NCBI GenBank assembly: GCA_000004985.1
Contig: GG739211.1
DNA: 3,742 nt
Strand: one strand, 5' to 3'
From: Naegleria gruberi
Lineage: Eukaryota
Shown: piece by piece, positions 1 through 3,742 of the stretch
How positions within the stretch are numbered: position 1 is the first letter of the stretch
How the letters are laid out: each line of letters opens with the position of its first letter
Notes under the pieces: model-generated
What the model was told of the DNA's origin: nothing
What the model saw: the letters and a program-made list of their open reading frames with translations, nothing else
Database searches by the model: none
Position numbers and translations under genes: made by a program

Positions 1-994
1 GGGAATTGTTTAAAGTAAGGTAACTCTCAATGAAAGACCAATCCCTCTGTAATTTGATGGATTGTACACTTTCCAATAAATCAATCTCTGATTGTGTGAA
101 ATTTACAACACCATGCAAAGTGTCCAATACATAAGTGTCATGATATCTGCTCGATGAGCAATCTGTTACATTTGTGAAATTTCTCATATTGATTTGACTC
201 GAAAATAAAGAACCACTTCCATCAATCGAATTGACCAAAACCTGTGATGGAAATAATGGAATGGGTACATAATCAGTTGGATTGTAATAAGTACCATCAC
301 TCGATGGTGTCGTTCCCATTCCATAAAATAGACCCTTCCTCGTCACAAATTGATTCACTCTCACGTAGAATGCAAAATCAAAACTATTCAACAACAAGGC
401 ATCTCCCAATTCCAAACTTGATCCATAAATACAATCAGGATAGAATGAAGAACGTGATTCCACAACAAAATTCTGATCAATCCATGTCTTGTTGTAATTT
501 GTTGTCAGTGAGCTCCATATTTTCTGACATGGATACAGTTGGGGACACAGAATTTTAAATTTCCTTGTCTTTCCAAATGGCTGTCCATTGGTTGAATAAA
601 ACTTTGTAAAATCTTGAGAATTATTCGACACTCTCCCTATCAATTCATCCAAATCAAACTTTTTGCTATCCATCTTACTATTTGGGTATACAAATTTCTT
701 CCACACAAAAATCGAGTAATAATTAAAACCGCCAACAATTATCGAATTATTCTTCAAATCTTGAATGTTGAGCGAATTGACTGTTTGCTGATATCCGAGT
801 ATAAAATTGGGCAGTGTTGATATCGTTAAAAGCAGCAATATTGTAATCATTAGTTTTGTTTCTGATAAAGTAAATTTAATATTCGAATAATGAGAAGAAA
901 ATTGTTTCGTATTGTGATGATGCGATGTTATTGTTGTTGATGTAGCTGGGTGATTTAACTCTCCACCCATCCTCGTCTTGACTTTTGCTTTCAT
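1..994 (-). CDS. Paralog A. Predicted type II single-pass membrane glycoprotein with a conserved luminal domain, function unknown. Partial: the start codon is at 994..992 and the ORF runs off the window at position 1 with no stop (at least 331 codons visible).
   Basis: I reverse-complemented and translated 994->1 by hand. The ORF is uninterrupted: MKAKVKTRMGGELNHPATSTTITSHHHNTKQFSSHYSNIKFTLSETKLMITILLLLTISTLPNFILGYQQ...QSIKLQRDWSFIESYLTLNNS. An in-frame TAA (plus 998..1000) lies two codons upstream of the ATG, so 994 is the first possible start. The start context is aaaaATG. A 20-aa hydrophobic segment (residues about 48-67) follows a K/R/H-containing N-terminus, consistent with N-in topology. 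There are N-x-S/T sequons (NNS, NKT, NFT, NVT, NFT) and conserved Cys residues (CPQLYPC, DC, DC). The protein is 90+% identical to copy B over the luminal domain, with a synonymous excess. The supplied track omitted this ORF only because it lacks an in-window stop. Confidence 0.8.
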   Translation of the reverse strand, partial: MKAKVKTRMGGELNHPATSTTITSHHHNTKQFSSHYSNIKFTLSETKLMITILLLLTISTLPNFILGYQQTVNSLNIQDLKNNSIIVGGFNYYSIFVWKKFVYPNSKMDSKKFDLDELIGRVSNNSQDFTKFYSTNGQPFGKTRKFKILCPQLYPCQKIWSSLTTNYNKTWIDQNFVVESRSSFYPDCIYGSSLELGDALLLNSFDFAFYVRVNQFVTRKGLFYGMGTTPSSDGTYYNPTDYVPIPLFPSQVLVNSIDGSGSLFSSQINMRNFTNVTDCSSSRYHDTYVLDTLHGVVNFTQSEIDLLESVQSIKLQRDWSFIESYLTLNNS

Positions 995-1009
995 TTTTTA
1001 ATGTCTGAA
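36..1009. repeat. Tandem segmental duplication unit 1, containing paralog A. It is a direct repeat of 2769..3736.
   Basis: Hand alignment gives an offset of +2733 between 36..184 and 2769..2917 (4 mismatches in 149 nt). The offset is +2727 between 233..649 and 2960..3376 (9 mismatches in 417 nt). Homology continues, more diverged and with indels, through the N-terminal coding part and 15 nt past the ATG (cat(t)5-6(a)atgtctgaa). Confidence 0.9.
794..853 (-). other. Predicted signal-anchor / transmembrane segment of paralog A (LMITILLLLTISTLPNFILG)
   Basis: This is a 20-residue uncharged hydrophobic stretch at residues 48-67. The K/R/H-bearing N-terminal flank fits the positive-inside rule for an N-in, type II orientation. 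It is conserved in position and character in copy B. Confidence 0.6.
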
Positions 1010-1011
1010 AT
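1001..1011 (-). promoter_or_regulatory. Conserved 5' leader element atTTCAGacat, 6-7 nt upstream of the paralog A ATG. It may be a 3' splice or trans-splice acceptor (TTTCAG), or an initiator-like element.
   Basis: The minus-strand reading is gatTTCAGacattaaaaaATG. TTTCAG is the reverse complement of plus 1005..1010. The same element occurs at the same distance from the ATG in copy B. Confidence 0.3.
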
Positions 1012-1033
1012 CTGTCAGCACTAATCCATACGA

Positions 1034-2750
1034 NNNNNNNNNNNNNNNNNNNNNNNNNNNNNNNNNNNNNNNNNNNNNNNNNNNNNNNNNNNNNNNNNNN
1101 NNNNNNNNNNNNNNNNNNNNNNNNNNNNNNNNNNNNNNNNNNNNNNNNNNNNNNNNNNNNNNNNNNNNNNNNNNNNNNNNNNNNNNNNNNNNNNNNNNNN
1201 NNNNNNNNNNNNNNNNNNNNNNNNNNNNNNNNNNNNNNNNNNNNNNNNNNNNNNNNNNNNNNNNNNNNNNNNNNNNNNNNNNNNNNNNNNNNNNNNNNNN
1301 NNNNNNNNNNNNNNNNNNNNNNNNNNNNNNNNNNNNNNNNNNNNNNNNNNNNNNNNNNNNNNNNNNNNNNNNNNNNNNNNNNNNNNNNNNNNNNNNNNNN
1401 NNNNNNNNNNNNNNNNNNNNNNNNNNNNNNNNNNNNNNNNNNNNNNNNNNNNNNNNNNNNNNNNNNNNNNNNNNNNNNNNNNNNNNNNNNNNNNNNNNNN
1501 NNNNNNNNNNNNNNNNNNNNNNNNNNNNNNNNNNNNNNNNNNNNNNNNNNNNNNNNNNNNNNNNNNNNNNNNNNNNNNNNNNNNNNNNNNNNNNNNNNNN
1601 NNNNNNNNNNNNNNNNNNNNNNNNNNNNNNNNNNNNNNNNNNNNNNNNNNNNNNNNNNNNNNNNNNNNNNNNNNNNNNNNNNNNNNNNNNNNNNNNNNNN
1701 NNNNNNNNNNNNNNNNNNNNNNNNNNNNNNNNNNNNNNNNNNNNNNNNNNNNNNNNNNNNNNNNNNNNNNNNNNNNNNNNNNNNNNNNNNNNNNNNNNNN
1801 NNNNNNNNNNNNNNNNNNNNNNNNNNNNNNNNNNNNNNNNNNNNNNNNNNNNNNNNNNNNNNNNNNNNNNNNNNNNNNNNNNNNNNNNNNNNNNNNNNNN
1901 NNNNNNNNNNNNNNNNNNNNNNNNNNNNNNNNNNNNNNNNNNNNNNNNNNNNNNNNNNNNNNNNNNNNNNNNNNNNNNNNNNNNNNNNNNNNNNNNNNNN
2001 NNNNNNNNNNNNNNNNNNNNNNNNNNNNNNNNNNNNNNNNNNNNNNNNNNNNNNNNNNNNNNNNNNNNNNNNNNNNNNNNNNNNNNNNNNNNNNNNNNNN
2101 NNNNNNNNNNNNNNNNNNNNNNNNNNNNNNNNNNNNNNNNNNNNNNNNNNNNNNNNNNNNNNNNNNNNNNNNNNNNNNNNNNNNNNNNNNNNNNNNNNNN
2201 NNNNNNNNNNNNNNNNNNNNNNNNNNNNNNNNNNNNNNNNNNNNNNNNNNNNNNNNNNNNNNNNNNNNNNNNNNNNNNNNNNNNNNNNNNNNNNNNNNNN
2301 NNNNNNNNNNNNNNNNNNNNNNNNNNNNNNNNNNNNNNNNNNNNNNNNNNNNNNNNNNNNNNNNNNNNNNNNNNNNNNNNNNNNNNNNNNNNNNNNNNNN
2401 NNNNNNNNNNNNNNNNNNNNNNNNNNNNNNNNNNNNNNNNNNNNNNNNNNNNNNNNNNNNNNNNNNNNNNNNNNNNNNNNNNNNNNNNNNNNNNNNNNNN
2501 NNNNNNNNNNNNNNNNNNNNNNNNNNNNNNNNNNNNNNNNNNNNNNNNNNNNNNNNNNNNNNNNNNNNNNNNNNNNNNNNNNNNNNNNNNNNNNNNNNNN
2601 NNNNNNNNNNNNNNNNNNNNNNNNNNNNNNNNNNNNNNNNNNNNNNNNNNNNNNNNNNNNNNNNNNNNNNNNNNNNNNNNNNNNNNNNNNNNNNNNNNNN
2701 NNNNNNNNNNNNNNNNNNNNNNNNNNNNNNNNNNNNNNNNNNNNNNNNNN
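1034..2750. other. Assembly gap (1717 consecutive N)
   Basis: This is a direct observation of an uninterrupted n run. It must contain the 3' end of copy B, the intergenic region and the promoter of copy A. Confidence 0.99.
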
Positions 2751-3721
2751 TTATAATTCTCTATAACGGACCAATCCCTCTGTAATTTGACGGATTGTAC
2801 ACTTTCCAATAAATCAATCTCTGATTGTTTGAAATTTACAACACCATGCAAAGTGTCCAATACATAAGTGTCATGATATCTACTCAATGAGCAATCTGTT
2901 ACATTTGTGAAATTTCTTGTATTCACCTGGTCTGAAAGAAGAGAGCCCTCACTAGACTGGACCAAAACCTGTGATGGAAATAATGGAATGGGTACATAAT
3001 CAGTTGGATTGTAATAAGTACCATCGCTTGATGGTGTAGTTCCCATTCCATAAAATAGACCCTTCCTCGTCACAAATTGATTCACTCTCACGAAGAATGC
3101 AAAATCAAAACTATTCAACAATAAGGCATCTCCCAATTCCAAACTAGATCCATAAATACAATCAGGATAGAATGAAGAACGTGATTCCACAACAAAATTC
3201 TGATCAATCCATGTCTTGTTGTAATTTGTTGTCAGTGAGCTCCATATTTTCTGACATGGATACAGTTGTGGACAAAGAATTTTAAATTTCCTTGTCTTTC
3301 CAAATGGCTGTCCATTGGTTGAATAAAACTTTGTAAAATCTTGAGAATTATTCGACACTCTCCCTATCAAATCATCCAAACTAAATGGATTTGTATTTTC
3401 TATTATCCCATTCGGATAAACAAATTTCCTCCATACAAATATAGAATAATAATTGAAGGCACCAACAATTATCGAATTATTCTTCAAGTCTTGCATGTTG
3501 ACCATGCTAACCTTATCTTGTATTTGCTGTTGTTGATATCCTAGAACATAATTGGGTAGAGCGGAAAAGGTCAGTATTAGCAGTAAAATGTAAAATAGTT
3601 TGGTTTCTAATAAACTAATAGGAATGTTAGAATAAATACTCCCATAAGGTAAGAACCCAGTTCTTGTTGTGTGACCTATTATAACAGTCTGCACGTGTTG
3701 TGTGGTGTAACTTTGTGCCAT
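2751..3721 (-). CDS. Paralog B of the same type II membrane glycoprotein family. Partial: the start codon is at 3721..3719 and the 3' part of the CDS is lost in the assembly gap.
   Basis: The N-terminal 323 residues of the track's 998..3721 ORF are the real product: MAQSYTTQHVQTVIIGHTTRTGF...LFYILLLILTFSALPNYVLGYQQQQ...LQRDWSVIENY. After that the track translates N's as X. The reading frame is still open at the gap edge, where the last partial codon is aaN. The domain architecture matches copy A (tail, TM segment, stem, glycosylated Cys-containing domain). The start context is aaaaaaATG. Confidence 0.8.
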
Positions 3722-3736
3722 TTTTTTATGTCTGAA
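2769..3736. repeat. Tandem segmental duplication unit 2, containing paralog B. It is a direct repeat of 36..1009.
   Basis: Same alignment as for unit 1. The repeat period is about 2.73 kb if the gap size is accurate. Confidence 0.9.
3539..3598 (-). other. Predicted signal-anchor / transmembrane segment of paralog B (LFYILLLILTFSALPNYVLG)
   Basis: It is hydrophobic and 20 residues long (residues 42-61). It is the counterpart of the copy A segment and is followed by a Q-rich stem (GYQQQQIQ). Confidence 0.6.
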
Positions 3737-3737
3737 T
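3728..3737 (-). promoter_or_regulatory. Conserved 5' leader element atTCAGacat upstream of the paralog B ATG (ATTCAG variant of the acceptor-like motif)
   Basis: The minus-strand reading is tatatATTCAGacataaaaaaATG. ATTCAG is the reverse complement of plus 3732..3737. Only 21 nt of upstream sequence are available before the window ends. Confidence 0.3.
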
Positions 3738-3742
3738 ATATA

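Noticed and set aside
1-35. Possible intron donor near the left edge (gtaagg/gtaact on the plus strand at about 15..28)
   Set aside because: The gene is on the minus strand, where this region reads as continuous open frame (…SFIESYLTLNNS) with no GT-AG-consistent signal. The plus-strand gtaag is coincidental.
244-558. Plus-strand 104-aa ORF (MMEIMEWVHNQ...)
   Set aside because: It lies entirely antisense to the well-supported copy A CDS. The homologous stretch in copy B (about 2971..3285) is not open, so the ORF is not conserved as coding. The substitution pattern between the copies is synonymous in the minus frame, not this one.
614-820. Plus-strand 68-aa ORF and its homolog at 3341..3544 (both begin MRIIRHSPYQ)
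   Set aside because: Both are antisense shadows of the paralog CDSs. They resemble each other only because the underlying minus-strand coding sequence is conserved, and their aa similarity decays where the real gene diverges. They are AT-rich, so stop-poor ORFs arise by chance.
995-1033. Prokaryotic-style signals: an RBS upstream of the ATGs, or poly-T runs as terminators (995..999, 3722..3727)
   Set aside because: There is no GGAGG-like motif. The T runs on the plus strand are simply the A-rich Kozak-like leader of minus-strand eukaryotic genes. The sequence context (N-gap scaffold, codon usage, splice-acceptor-like motif) is eukaryotic.
36-3736. Two ~1-kb direct repeats read as a transposon, LTR pair or CRISPR-like array
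   Set aside because: Each unit is a constrained protein-coding gene for a membrane glycoprotein (synonymous excess), with no transposase or integrase features and no TIR/LTR structure. Two ~1-kb units with 3-40% divergence bear no resemblance to a CRISPR array. This is gene duplication.
36-3736. Duplication as an assembly artifact (collapsed or uncollapsed haplotypes placed in tandem)
   Set aside because: The N-terminal third, both loops and the tails differ far too much (indels, unalignable stretches) for allelic haplotypes. This cannot be fully excluded without read-level evidence, so I kept it as a caveat rather than a finding.

Overview
Eukaryotic, AT-rich (roughly mid-30s % GC) scaffold sequence with a 1717-nt assembly gap (N run, 1034..2750). 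Codon usage (GGA for Gly, CCA for Pro, AGA for Arg), an A-rich start context (aaaaATG) and a TTTCAG/ATTCAG motif just upstream of both start codons suggest a nematode-like genome. There are no prokaryotic signals (no Shine-Dalgarno sequence, no operon structure, no terminators). The real content is two tandem, same-orientation (minus-strand) paralogous genes that are both incomplete in the window. Copy A (1..994) runs off the left edge. Copy B (2751..3721) runs into the gap. Each encodes a predicted type II (N-in) single-pass membrane glycoprotein. It has a short divergent cytoplasmic tail, one hydrophobic signal-anchor segment, a divergent stem, then a cysteine- and N-glycosylation-sequon-bearing luminal domain. 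Outside two short hypervariable loops that contain indels, that luminal domain is about 97-98% identical in nucleotides between the copies. The 907-aa ORF in the supplied track (998..3721) is an artifact of translating the N run as X. The plus-strand ORFs are antisense shadows. I cannot assign the protein to a known family by eye, so the function is unknown. This is a duplicated eukaryotic secretory-pathway gene pair, not a microbial defence or mobile system.
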